The translations under genes were made by a program, and so were the position numbers. The notes beneath the pieces were generated by a model that saw only the letters and a list, made by a program, of their open reading frames with translations, searched no databases and was not told where the DNA came from. 64,000 nucleotides of DNA. It comes from Eledone cirrhosa. Lineage: Eukaryota. Positions 14,171 through 27,051 of the stretch are shown in pieces; the first letter of the stretch is position 1, and the number at the start of each line of letters is the position of its first letter. The DNA is taken from NCBI GenBank assembly GCA_964016885.1, contig OZ024759.1:13702001-13766000 (forward strand), given 5' to 3'.

Positions 14171-15126
14171 GTCTTCCTGATTGAAACATTCCAGTGTGTT
14201 GGTATGGCGATATTTGTATTCAAAGTTCTACCAAATATAGACTCATTGAAAGGTGAATGCCTCATGTTTGGTAGTGCATTTATCCCTGCTATACTGAAAT
14301 CGATCGATAAAGACAATGAATCTGGCAAACCAACCTATAAAATTGTGATAGATGTTTTAGCTGTTATTGCACAGGCATCAATTTTTGTTGTGTGGTCGAT
14401 TGTCATATGGAATTCTGGACAAGAGAATTTAGCCCTTTATATCCCAATATCATTGATTTTAATCTCTCTTAGCTGGTGGGAGAATTATGTCAGTGAATTC
14501 ATATGTTTAGGTAACAAGGCTACTAAATACTTGCTAGAGCTTACAAGCAGCATCAGAGCTGCGCACACCCTCATCTACTTGTGGATAGGTATTTGGAAAT
14601 GTGTGTTAATTATTAGTTGTGTCTCTGTGATGATGAGTGATGGTGACATAGGCTGCTTGAAGCTGTTGTACTTTCAGGAACCTGAGACGTTTTCTTGTAG
14701 TATGTTTTCTAACCCAGCTTTCAATATTACAAGGATTTCATACAATGATGATGACTTCAGCAGTCCATACTGGATTGCAATTATCCAGGTAGCATCCTGC
14801 CTGATTTGTTACATTGCTGCTAGAAATGCTTGCAAGATAATGCTGCAGATTACCAGTTTCTCCATTCCATTGGTTATTTCATCACCTCTCATCATTGCAT
14901 TTTTCCTGGGCAATTGTGAATATTGGAACACAGACAATAAGTTCAACCTGCTTGATCCGAAAGTTATGTTCTGGACATGTGATGTACCCAGCAATAGTAC
15001 CAGTTATACATATAATTTAATCATGGAATATTACTTGCCAATAGTCTTGGCATGGTGGTTATCTTATATGTGGGTGACTTCACATATTTGGTATCCAAAT
15101 GTTGAAAAACTTGTTCAAACAGAAAG
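14171..15126 (+). CDS. CHS: Chitin synthase large exon, multi-TM N-terminal domain
   Basis: tttttcag acceptor (phase 0), AG|gtaggt donor. Motifs LISLSWWENYV, ACKIMLQITSFSIP and WWLSYMWVTSHIWYP are typical of animal CHS. Confidence 0.93.
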
Positions 15127-15195
15127 GTAGGTTTAACTATTTAAAGCACATTTTTTTTCACCTTTTTCGTGGTCCTTGAGTAAATTACGTATATT

Positions 15196-15382
15196 GGTGG
15201 ATTGGCAGTATTGGTATGGCATCAGACGCCATCCTTTGCAACATAGAGTTATGGCCATTTACGTTCTTATTTCAAATCTCGCCAAGGTTAACTTTGCCTT
15301 TCATCCTTATGAGGTCGATAAAATAAAGTACCAGTAATGCACTGGAGTAATTGCTGGCCTTGTGCCAAAAGTAGAAAATTAT
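15196..15382 (+). mobile_element. SINE family B
   Basis: Same consensus as 13167-13356. Confidence 0.8.
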
Positions 15383-15639
15383 TCATGTCAATGCACTTGG
15401 CTTAGTAGATAGGGTTTGGGCTAAAAATCATAAGTGTATGGGTTTGATTTCTAACTGGATGGTGCATGGTGTCTTTCAGCACGACACTACATTTTTCATT
15501 GCTCCAGTTCAATCAAATGAAAGTGTGTACCAACAATAGCTAGAAATTATCTTTGTACTGTACAAACATCCTTTCCAGGAGGTAGTCCTGTACTTTCAGT
15601 TACTTAATCCTTCCTGGAACTATGATATGCCCCAGCCTT

Positions 15640-15973
15640 AATCCAATATATACTGCCATGACTGGATTAATCCAATCTATACTACAGTGGATTAATACAA
15701 CCTATACTACAGTGGATTAATACAACCTATACTACAGTGGATTAATCCAACCTATACTGCAGTGGATTAATCCAACCTATACTATAGTGGATTAATCCAA
15801 TCTATACTATAGTGGATTAATCCAACCTATACTACAGTGGATTAATCCAATCTATACTACAGTGGATTAATCCAACCTATACTACAGTGGATTAATCCAA
15901 CCTATACTACAGTGGATTAATCCAATCTATACTACAGTGGATTAATCCAACCTATACTGCAGTGGATTAATCA
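15640..15973 (+). repeat. 25-bp minisatellite, ~12-13 copies, with palindromic core GGATTAATCC
   Basis: Unit actacagtggattaatccaacctat. Confidence 0.95.
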
Positions 15974-16084
15974 GTACTTAGTCTATCAAATGATGAAGAG
16001 CACTATTTGACTAAAATTTTATGTATTTGTCAAACCCAGCCACCACTAGTACTCTGTAGAGTTGATCTCTGTAAAGTTGAGCTA

Positions 16085-16955
16085 AAGAAGTGAATCAGCA
16101 AAGTCATTTGAACATCAGATAGAAATCTTTGAGGTATTCGTTCTGGTTAGCTGCACTCTGAATTCAAACCCCCTTCAGGCCAACTCTGCCTTTTGTCCTT
16201 ATAGGGAGTCAATAAAATAAAGTACCAGTAATGCACTGGGGGGTCATTTCAATCAACTTTCCCCTCCTCCAAAATTGTTCACCTTCTGCCTAGATCCGAA
16301 ACCATTATTATTATGGTGGATTAGCTGAAACAGTAGAGTGTCGGATGCCATGCTTTGCAGCATAGAGTTATGACCCTTTACAGTCTGTGTTCAAATCCCG
16401 CTGAGGTTAGCTTTGCCTTTCATCCTTATGGGGTCGATAAAATAAAGCACCAGTAATGAGCTGGGGTCATTTCAATTCATTTTCCCCTCCCCTCAAATTG
16501 TTGACCTTGTGCCTAAATCAGAAACCATTATTATTATTATTAAAAAGGGCGGTGGATTGGCAGTATCGGTAGAGAGTCGGACACCATGCTTTGAAGCATA
16601 GAGTTACGTCCCTTTATGATCTGAGTTCAAATCCCGCCGAGGTTAACTTTGCCTTTCATCCTTTCGGGGGTTGATAAAATAAAGTACCAGTAATGTACTG
16701 GGTAATTGCTGGCCTTGTGCCTAAAATAGAAACAATTATTATTATTATTAAAAGGCAGTGGGTTGGCAGTATCAGTAGAGGGTCGGACGCCATGCTTAGC
16801 AGCATAAAGTTACGGCCCTTTACGATCTGAGTTCAAATCCCGCTGAGGTTAACTTTGCCTTTCATCCTTACGGGGTCGATAAAATAAAGTACCAGTAATA
16901 CACTGGAGTGATTGCTGGCCTTGTGCCAAAAGTCGAAACAATTATTATTATTAAA
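16085..16955 (+). mobile_element. Four head-to-tail SINE family B copies
   Basis: Starts at ~16085, 16313, 16547 and 16755; each ends in an (ATT)n tail. Confidence 0.85.
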
Positions 16956-17237
16956 AGTACAGGAGTGGTGGAATTGATTGATCATTACACTCTCCTTCTC
17001 TCTCCCACCCCTCTCTCTTCTCTTTCTCACCCCCTCTCTCCCTTTCCTTCTCTAGCCTTCTGTCTTTCTCCCTTCTTCTCTCTTCCTCCTCTGCCCCTCC
17101 TCGTTTTCTCACCCTCTCTATTCACTTTTTCTCCCTCCCCTCTCTCTCCTCTCTTTCTCCCTCCCCTCTCTCTCTGATTTCACTATTATTTTTCACGCAG
17201 ATGGAGTCACTGAGTTGTTCTTGTCTCTCTCTTTCAG

Positions 17238-17337
17238 ATTGTTCGTTAAAACCTATTTCTGTGATGTATTTCTGCAGTTTTCGTTAACTCTCAACCGTCG
17301 CAATGATGAACATGATACCAGAAAAAAGAGAAATATG
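17238..17337 (+). CDS. CHS: Chitin synthase exon (RLFVKTYFCDVFLQFSLTLNRR...)
   Basis: ctttcag acceptor in phase 2 completes AG+A (Arg); ATG|gtatgt donor. The ERLFV...SL.LNRR motif is conserved in CHS. Confidence 0.9.
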
Positions 17338-17547
17338 GTATGTTCTTGCTTTTCAATCTTGTGTGGGTATGCATATATATATATATATAACGAAGGAAAT
17401 GTGGTAAGGAACCAGATGGACCATAATGCACCAAAGTACTCAATACTTAGGGTAGTAGAGTGGGTAATAGGAACGAGTAGGACCCCGACGGCTGAGCTCA
17501 AGCCGTTTCGACTGCTAATTCTGGACCAGAATTATATATATATATAT

Positions 17548-18302
17548 ATAAAATCAAGGTCAATCAAATAGAGAAAAAGTTTGAAAATAAATTTCAAAAA
17601 ATTCACTGTACTTACTATATGTGCCTTTACCACAGTTTCCGATCCCAAAATAAATAGATAATCCAAGCGGACTTCCATTGAGAAAGAGATCATCGTCAGA
17701 AGGCTTTTTTCAATTGGGGAATATAAAATTCTCGAGTTCAAATCACAGACTGGCGCCACACAAAACTTTTCCCGAATGAGAGTGAATGAGAGAAGAAACA
17801 ATTCTGTCTGGTACCGTGTGCAAAGACAAAGGCTAGGTGGACAGGTCAATGTACTGCTACTAAAAATAGTAGCCGTTCAAACGACCAAAGATTTCTCTAC
17901 CGTATGGGAGAATAATAATAAAAGTATGTATTCCTACATGTAAATAATAAACATAGGGGTACAAGTATTTTCCAACCATATGCCAGTGTGGTTCAATGGC
18001 AAGTTAATAAATTAACAAGCCAGAACATATAAAATCAAGGTCAAGCAAATAGAGAAAAAGTTTTAAAATTCCGATCCCAAAATAAATAGATAATCCAAGC
18101 AGCCGTGGTAAAGGCACATATAGTAAGTACAGTGAATTTTTTGAAATTTATTTTAAAACTTTCTCTCTATTTGCTTGACCTTGATTTTATATGTTCTGGC
18201 TTGTTAATTTATTAACTTGCCATTGAACCACACTGGCATATGGTTGGAAAATACTTGTACCCCTATGTGTATTATTTACATGTAGGAATACATACTTTCA
18301 TT

Positions 18303-18305
<3 letters not shown>
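17548..18305. repeat. Complex fold-back/direct repeat region
   Basis: 17915-18070 is inverted at 18148-18305; 17550-17670 is partly duplicated directly at 18028-18098 and inverted at 18105-18190. Confidence 0.8.
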
Positions 18306-18335
<30 letters not shown>

Positions 18336-18343
18336 ATATAAAA

Positions 18344-19008
18344 TAATGTAGCCCAGCACATAGCTAGCATCAATAGGGGTAGACTTAAAAACTACATACA
18401 ACCAGAAGCTGGCAATATCAGCACCCAGCAGAGCCATGTGGAGGGAAGGAAGGGTGGACTCAGTACCCACCCTGGGAATCCAAACAGATCCAGGGACCCT
18501 CCCCCCACCGGGCCCAAGAGAGGACCACCCTATAATATGCAACGGGAACCCCACATTAGGCACTCGGGGGTTGACCACCTCCTGCAACTGCAGAACCCCC
18601 ACATTATGCCCCCTTAGTAATGAATGCCTAAGGAAGAACTTAATATACGGATATAGAGTAAAAACCCCCAACTCTGAACACCTTTACATAGGAGCCACAT
18701 CAACGAGCTTCAAAGACTGATGCCATAACCATCGCCATTCCTTTAATAGGGAGGACAAAAGGAAAAGTACAGCTCTTTTCAAACTGATCTGGAAGCTCAA
18801 GCTGAACAGAACCCCATACTCTCTGGCCTGGTCCAAGATCAGTAAAGTACCACCTGATAGAGGGGGATCTGGCATCTGCAAACTATGTCTGAGTGAGACC
18901 CTCGAGATACTCAGCGGTGGAAGCAGCCTAATAAACCTCAGGACTGACTTCTTCGGTACATGTAGACACCTCAGGGCAGGGACCTTCCTCAAGCTATATA
19001 GACAATAA
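18344..19008 (+). mobile_element. 5'-truncated Penelope-like element, GIY-YIG endonuclease region (pseudogenised)
   Basis: SCNCRTPTLCPLSNECLRKNLIY...YIGATSTSFKD*CHNHRHSF...STALFKLIWKLK...CKLCLSETLEIL...GTCRH, collinear with the C-terminus of the 42256-44385 ORF. Confidence 0.88.
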
Positions 19009-19230
19009 CAACACATTGGGATGGGAACTTCCCTCAAGCTATAGGGGCAGTAGCCCTGCCACACCAAGCCCAAGGTAAACCACCCCCTACACACTCACCA
19101 CCCCTACTCCTGCCTCGATTGACTCCTATGGCAACACATACTTATACATATGTCCATACATAGATACTGTTGTTTAAAATTATACATACATAATTCTTGC
19201 ATGTATGTGTGTGTGTATATGTATATATGC

Positions 19231-19265
<35 letters not shown>

Positions 19266-19960
19266 CATATGGGATGCAGCTGAGCCTGTGTTTGTGTGCT
19301 TGCAACGATGTGCGTTGACATACATGCATATGTACTTTATGCCGAAATAGGAACTGTAGACCTTTACATTTCCGGATTTTGACACTCAGGTTTTGGTGTT
19401 TTACACTCCACTTTTGTCTCATTTGCTCTTAAAATGCACCACCCGATGATAGTGTAAGGATTGTAATTCTTTACACTTCTCGATTCTGACACACAGTTAA
19501 TACTTTCCAAATATTTCAAATTTTGATATTGGTTATAACACACGCATTTTATTTTTTTTATTTGTTTGGACCCCCACCACGTGAAATAGTGGCAGGATAG
19601 ATGCCAACCCCCACACACAAATTCTTCTGAACATAGCAGCAGCAAACCAAAGCTGACCTCTTAACACCACTACCACTACCAACACAATGGAGAATGTCAG
19701 CTGTACTTAAACAAAAACAACTACAACAGATTGTCTTGCCTCAGAAAAATTTCTATAGACCTTTGACTGAGGAATGTTCTCACAACTGACCAATGGGATG
19801 TGAGCGTGTCCTATGACGCCGAAATTCGTTTGTTCTAATTCATATGATTCCAGTTCCTCAGAGAAATAACAACGCAACCAGGATCTGGACATATCGAAGT
19901 ATTGACGGAGTAAAACACACTTCAACAACATGTGTAGCTGTCTCTACCACACCAATTCGG

Positions 19961-20015
19961 ACTGCCTGAAGACGTCACAGCCAATGATGGCTGTCATCGA
20001 AATATATATAGCAGT
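19961..20015 (+). ncRNA. Minimal type I hammerhead ribozyme motif
   Basis: actgc-CTGAAGA-(acagcca/tggctgt stem II)-GAAA-tatata-TA-gcagt. Second copy at 56925-56979. Confidence 0.75.
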
Positions 20016-20175
20016 ATATCTATAATTTATAATAAACGAAGCCAAATTTTACCTATTTGGCTTAATTGTTTTACATTACTCCGGAGTAAACAAACCAACC
20101 TGCGTACTTCGTCGAGTGCTCCAATCTGCATACTGAGGTGTCGGTAAACAACCAACATATACTCAAAATATATAT

Positions 20176-20603
20176 ATATTCATTAGTTAAGCAAAGCAAG
20201 ACCACAAATTTCACAAGGAAGACATTATTAAAAGATTGTCAACATATTTTAGTTTGATGTAAGGAACGTAGAGAATAATAATAATAATAATATTAATAAT
20301 AATAATGTCCGTTTACAATTGTTTTGCTACTCCATATAATATTTCTGGATCAGATGACTATATATTATAATTGATCTGGTTCAGTTGAAAATTATTTTCA
20401 ATTGAACCAGATCAATTATAATCATTTGATCCAGAAATATTATATGGAGTAGCAAAACAATTGTAAACGGACATTATTATTATTAATATTATTATTATTA
20501 TTATTCTCTACATTCCTTACATCAAACTAAAATATGTTGACAATCTTTTAATAATATCTTCCTTGTGAAATTTGTGGTCTTGTTTTGCTTAACTAATGAA
20601 TAT
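20176..20603. repeat. ~430-bp near-perfect hairpin palindrome
   Basis: Arms are reverse complements around ttgaaaattattttcaa at ~20392. Confidence 0.9.
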
Positions 20604-20766
20604 TTCCAGCTCTGCGCACCTAACATCTGCATGAACCCAGCCACCTAGCTGCTTTCTACTGCATATTGCACATTGAGCACATGCCTTTACGCTTTGGCTT
20701 CTAACTAATTCACCAATCTCTCCTCTCATATCTCCATCTCTCTCTTTAAGATTGGTTACTCTTGAA

Positions 20767-20798
<32 letters not shown>

Positions 20799-20802
20799 TT
20801 AG

Positions 20803-20898
20803 AAAATGAACAACACAATATATAACTACTCCATAACCAAATGTTTCTGGATCCCAGACAATATCAATATACATCTGGATCGGTCATCAGACCATGAA
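20803..20898 (+). CDS. Candidate additional (possibly alternative) chitin synthase exon
   Basis: tttag acceptor, 96-nt open phase-0 frame KMNNTIYNYSITKCFWIPDNINIHLDRSSDHE, weak donor GAA|gtaacg. No homology support. Confidence 0.3.
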
Positions 20899-21399
20899 GT
20901 AACGTAGTCAGAAACTTGCATTAGTCCCTGTAAAATTCCTGAGCTAAAAGGAAAAAGAATCCTGGGCTCTTCAAATATAATATAAAGAAGAAAACACACG
21001 AAAGAGAGTGTGTTTATCAGGTTACATACATATATATATATATATATATACATACATATATATATATATATACATACTTGCATATATATATATATACATA
21101 CTTGCATATATATATATAGATATATACATACATATATATATAGATATATACATACATATACATACATACATACATATATATACATATATATATATATATT
21201 CATACATATATATATATATATTCATACATATATATATATTCATACATATATATATATATATTCATACATATATATATATATATTCATACATATATATATA
21301 TATATTCATACATATATATATATATATTCATACATGTATATATATATATTCATACATGTATATATGATGGCTGTCCCCTCGTTATCGAGTATGGCCATT

Positions 21400-24000
21400 G
21401 CCCGATATAACATTATTAATAATTATCAATTAATTCTATCGTGCAATACGTGTGTGTGAAGATTTTTTTTAAAGTGAGGAAAGACTTGCACTGAACCAAT
21501 CCCGCTCTCTGAGTGACAGTAGCTATAACCCCAAAAGAAGAGAAGTTCAACATCATCAGTAACTATTGATCCGCATATATCCATACACCCCGCCTAGTTC
21601 CATGCACCACTATATTTGGCTCAATATATGCTTCCCCTGGATATGGGATGAACATTACCGTAGTCTTTTTTAGATTAATTTTCATGCCAAAGGCATTACA
21701 AGAAGCTGCAAAACAATCCATGATGTGTTTCATGTCATCTTGAGAGTGAGCCAAAAAGTTGACATCGTCTGCATACAGGAGTTCTCTAATTAATATTTGG
21801 AATACCTTGGATTTGAAATTGAACCTTCTTAGGTCAAAGATCCTTCCTGTAGTTCTAACTTACAATAGAATGCCCTTTGCACAGTCCTAGAATGCATGAG
21901 TCAGCATCACAGCAAAAAATATTCAAAAAGTGTGGGAGCCGGGATATCTCCCTGCTTCACGCCATTATCAAATGGGATTTCATTGTACAATTCTCTATTC
22001 AAGACAACTCGAGCCTTCATATTTCTGTGCAGTTGGATGAACATATCAATAAACTTTAGTGGACACCCTATTTTCTCTAATATTTTCCACAGTGCACCTC
22101 TGTTCACCATATCAAAGGCCTTTGTCAGATCAACAAAAACCTGATACAGAGGAACCCACTGTTCAATACATTTCTCCTGAATCTGCCTTGCAGAGAAGAT
22201 CATATTAATCGTCCCTCTGCCAGATCTAATATCACTTTGTGATTCAGGGATTAGTTGGACAAATGTCAATCAACTTGTTCAACAATAATCTAGCAAGAAC
22301 TTTGAGGACAGACCCCAACAGAGGATGCTACGGTAGTGATCGCAGATTCCTTTATCCCCTTTATCTTTAAACAAGGTCACCAACATACCATCTGTCCATT
22401 CTTGTGGCATGGGAGCTCTAGCCCAGAACTCTGTGATGAGATAGAGTTTTAATTTAACAATTCCACAGGGATTCCATCTGATTCAGGTGCCTTACCCGTG
22501 TTTAACTGGTTGATGGCCATTTTAACCTCATTATAATCTGGTAATCGATCCATTTTAAAATTTACAACATATTGGGGGATGCCATCTAGCACATCATGAT
22601 TAACTGGTGATGGGCTATCTAATAAATGAGTGAAATGTTTTTGCCAATGCTTAAGGATTTTCTTTGATTCCTTGATGATGGCAATGTTGTCTTTAGACCT
22701 TATGGGAACAATAGACGAAAGTGTTGGACCATATACTGCATACAAAAGACTATAAAACAGGTTTGAGTCCTTTGAGCTATAAGCACTTTGAATATCTTCA
22801 GAGATCTTCAATCACCATTTAATTTTAAGCCTTCTCAGCTCGAGTTGTAAGGTGGCTTTATATTCTTTATATGTCTTTTTAATAGCAGTTAAATTTGTAG
22901 GGCACTCTTCCAGGAGCTTTTCATGAAGAGCATGTTTTTTCTTTAATAGTTGGCTGATAACCAGATTATTATCATCAAACCAATATTTATGTTGTTTTTT
23001 TGCCCTGAATCCAAGTTTTTCTACTCCTGCTGTATACAATTGATCCCTGAAGTTTATCCAAGTTCCATTGATGTCAATATTATTCAAACGTTTATTCAAA
23101 GCCTCACATACCTCTTGCTGTTTCAACTTTCCAACATCAATACGCTTTAGTGCTTTGATCCCACACATACAAGATTTTTCCTGAATACGTAACTTAAACT
23201 TCCCCCGAACCATCTTATGGTTTGTGCTGCATTCTCCACTATGCATGACGCGCACATTACAGACATCATTCAGATCGCATCTCCAGGTTTCTATGGTAGC
23301 CATCTTTTGACCTTGGGTGTATCCAGGTAACTTTATGCTTCTCCTTTTGGTGAAAGAATGTTTTGAAAATTGCTAGGTAGAGATCCAAACAAAGCTCAAG
23401 CAGCTTCAAACCATTGGCATTCATCTTACCGATGCCATAATGGCCTAGTGCATCCCATGTCTCATGGTCTCTACCAACTTGAGCATTGAAATCACCAAGA
23501 ATGATCACTTTTTCTTCGACTGGAGTAGATGCAATTGTAGCATGAAGGGATTCATAGAATATCATAATACTTTCTTAACTGGCCTGGAGAGTTGGAGCAT
23601 AAACTAACAGAATTGTTGCACATCGCCCACAAGCAAGTGGAATGTGCAACTTCATTATATGGTCACTGATTCTAGAGGGACACTCTAAATGTTGTGCTAG
23701 AGTCTCTTGCACTGCAAAACCTACACCACCATCTCGCCGTTTTCTTTTTGGTTTCCCTCTCCAGAAATGTGTGAAACCTGATGATGCTTCAGTCAGCTGA
23801 TCACACCCTGATAGACACGCGTCTGACAAGGCTGCAATATCTATTTTTAATCTTTGGAGTTCCTTTGTTATTAGTGCGGTTCTTCTTTCTGGTCGGTTTG
23901 ATGAGTTTTGGTCCTGATGGATTCTGACATTCCAGCAGAAAATATTTAGTTTGATTCGATTTTTCATAAATGTTTTACCTTGTTATTCACTTTTTTCTTT
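21400..24000 (-). mobile_element. Decayed near-full-length RTE (BovB-like) LINE, EN + RT, multiple frameshifts
   Basis: Fragments CWNVR...RPERRTALITKEL, ILGDFNAQVG, GKAPESDGIPVE, VFVDLTKAFDMV, GVKQGD, LLYADD, FGMKINLKKT. Confidence 0.92.
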
Positions 24001-24877
24001 TCCTGCTTGAATGAACTGCCGATAGCCAAAGTAAACTACCCAACATTGATGTGACAGGCAATTTTCAATGCACCTTTTCTAGCACCTTCCCAAGAATTTG
24101 TGGAAGCAGTGCTCTCCTAATAGGGCTGCTCAGACACAGGTATCTCTCACAGGAAGACATAATAAAGATGTTAGCATAAAACCCCTGCCGCCTATGTGTA
24201 TATTTGCAACTATATGCTTCCAACTGGACAGGTCTGCACATGTCGCAACTCCTCCAACGCCTTCAGCTGTAAAAATGACAGATGAGAAGATCACAAAAGA
24301 AATATCTGTACCTCATTGGATTATAGTAGCAAAAGCTTGTACTACAAGAACACCACTCTCTAAGTTTCAGTAATTATTGTCTGGTGACAAGCTTAAGCCA
24401 GAATACCAGTAATTACACCAACCACAGGTTTTATTTCAAAGTTTCTCTCTTTTAGAAAGATACTGTAACAACAGCTCGGGGTCCTTCACTCCCAGTGGAT
24501 TTTCTTTTTACCCACCTGTGGCCACCACACCTGCAAACGTGTTACAATGATTTGCTGACTCTTTTATAAATGTAGACCAGGAACTCGATCCCATTTGAAA
24601 GTTAAGATTGTACACAGACAAACACACAATCAATCCTACACACACCCACACAGTATATACATATTTATACATTTTGGGATGGCCGTTGACCCTTATGAGT
24701 TCTGCTCTTTGTCAGGTTTTGTTTTTTGTCCTGCAGGGTGTCCAAAATCACCCTGTATATGTGTAGGTGTGTGTGTGTGTGCATGTATGTGTATGTATGT
24801 GTGTATCTGTGTGTGTGAGTATGCATGCGTATATGCATGTTTGGGTGTGTGACTCTTCCACAATGGCTATATAGCAG

Positions 24878-25358
24878 TTTGAACCTCTTTTCTCATGTTT
24901 TCACACTCTCTAGGGATCAAGACAAGCGTCTTTACCATTTGATCCTCTTTTCTCAAGTTTACACACTCTCTCGGGATCAAGACAAGCCTCTTTACCATTT
25001 GATCCTCTTTTCTCATGTTTACACACTCTCTAGGGATCAAGACAAGCCTCTTTACCATGTGATCTTCTTTTCTCATGTTTACACACTCTCTAGGGATCAA
25101 GACAAGCCTCTTTACCAGTTGATCTTCTTTTCTCATGTTTACACACTCTCTAGAGATCAAGACAAGCCTCTTTACCATTTGATCTTCTTTTCTCATGTTT
25201 ACACACTCTCTAGAGATCAAGACAAGCCTCTTTACCATTTGATCTTCTTTTCTCATGTTTGCACACTCTCTATGGATCAAGACAAGCCTCTTTATCATCT
25301 GAACCTCTTTTCTCATGTTTACACACTCTCTAGGGATCAAGACAAGCCTTTTTACCAA
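24878..25358 (+). repeat. 60-bp minisatellite, ~8 copies, just upstream of a CHS exon
   Basis: Unit acacactctctagggatcaagacaagcctctttaccatttgatcttcttttctcatgttt. Confidence 0.95.
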
Positions 25359-25402
25359 ACGTTATTAACAGAAATATTGATCACTCTTTGATAGAGAGTC
25401 AG

Positions 25403-25494
25403 ATGGCACCTAATGTGCCAAAGATCTTCGTGTGTGCCACGATGTGGCATGAAAATGAAAGAGAAATGAGATCTATTTTAACCTCAATTTTAAG
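25403..25494 (+). CDS. CHS: Chitin synthase exon with CATMWHE motif
   Basis: MAPNVPKIFVCATMWHENEREMRSILTSILR, donor AG|gtaaga. The acceptor is ambiguous (exon start 25395, 25397 or 25403). Confidence 0.92.
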
Positions 25495-25589
25495 GTAAGA
25501 CGAGTGTTCACCTCAGTATATATAAATTCTCTTATCATTGCATGGGCTCTTTATGTTAGCTTGTTGGTTTGTATAACATTGTCAATGTA

Positions 25590-26155
25590 GACACAAGTCA
25601 GATGTGAAATGTAGGCACAGGCCAAATGTGAAATGTAGGCACAGGTTACATGTGAAATGTAGGCACAGGTTACATGTGAAATGTAGGCACAGGTCAGATG
25701 TGAAATGTAAGCACAGGTTAGATGTGAAATGTAGGTACAGATCAGATGTGAAATGTAGGTACAGATCAGATGTGAAATGTAGGCACAGATCAGATGTGAA
25801 ATGTAGGCACAGATCAGATGTGAAATGTAGGCACAAGTCGGATGTGAAATGTAGGCACAGGTTAGATGTGAAATGTAGGCACATGTCAGATGTGAAATGT
25901 AAGCACAGGTTACATGTGAAATGTAGGCACAGGTCAGATGTGAAATGTAGGTACAGATCAGATGTGAAATGTAGGTACAGATCAGATGTGAAATGTAGGT
26001 ACAGATCAGATGTGAAATGTAGGTACAGATCAGATGTGAAATGTAGGCACAAGTCAGATGTGAAATGTAGGCACAGATCACATGTGAAATGTAGGCCTAG
26101 ATTAGTTGTAGCATAGGTCAGATGTGAAATTTCTAACCCAGGTTAGATGTGAAAT
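25590..26155 (+). repeat. 24-bp minisatellite, ~22 copies
   Basis: Unit gtcagatgtgaaatgtaggcacag. Confidence 0.95.
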
Positions 26156-26351
26156 TTCCTTGTTGCATATTTTAGCAAAAACAAAATTAAAAAAAATGTC
26201 ACTCACAATTGAGTAGGATTCAATAGGATATACCTGCTTTTTGTTAAGGGTTTTAGTTTCCCATATGGTCCTGGGCAGACATAAACATTATCTCAACAGT
26301 CTATATAATATACACTCACCAACACACACTCACACATAAACATTATATATA

Positions 26352-26460
26352 TATTCCGATGATTTGATCAGAGACACACATTGTATTTAAGGTCGGGTGA
26401 TGCAATTTCGAGTGATCAGCGGCCTTTAGACTCACCTGATCAATGAAACAATTGTTAATA
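26352..26460 (+). ncRNA. Hammerhead-like motif with C-variant core and long stem II
   Basis: tatt-CCGATGA-t-ttgatcag...ctgatcaa-t-GAAA-caattg-TT-aata. Confidence 0.55.
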
Positions 26461-26701
26461 CTGTAAATAAAACCCTTTTTGTACAGCCGACCATGTTGTT
26501 CTTCACTCTTTCACTACTATTACTCCAAGAATGACCTGCATGGGAATTCTCGTAAACTCGCTACCTAACTAAGGAAACTTCTTGTTGAGTCAAACAATGC
26601 CATACGTTAAAACTATCCATAGTACAGAGTACTCACAACCTCTAACTGGATTACCTAAAACGATAACTTGTTATCCCATATATATATATATACATGTATG
26701 T

Positions 26702-27051
26702 GGAGGCACATGGCTTAGTGGTTAGAGCATTGGCCTTGCAATCGAAAGGTTGTGAGTTCAATTCTCAGACCGGGTGATGTGTTGTTTCCTTGAGCAAGAC
26801 ACTTTATTTCACATTGCTCCAGTTTACTCAGCTGTAGAAATGAGATGATAGGACTGGGGTCCCTATCATTCCACTGCAAAGTGGTCGTGGAGGTGCCACG
26901 CAAAAAAAAAAAGCACCCAGCACTCACTGTAAATGAGGTTGGTGTTAGGAAGGGCATCCAGCTGTAGAAATCAAGCCAGAATCAGTTCCCGTCCCACCCT
27001 TGCAAGCAGGGAAAAGTGGACGTAAAATGAAATGAAAAATGAAATGAAATG
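26702..27051 (+). mobile_element. SINE family A
   Basis: Near-identical to 4209-4553. Confidence 0.9.

Noticed and set aside
18718-18720. In-frame TGA in the PLE GIY-YIG fragment as selenocysteine
   Set aside because: It aligns with the conserved Arg of SFKxR in the intact element, not a Cys, so CGA>TGA decay is the simpler explanation.
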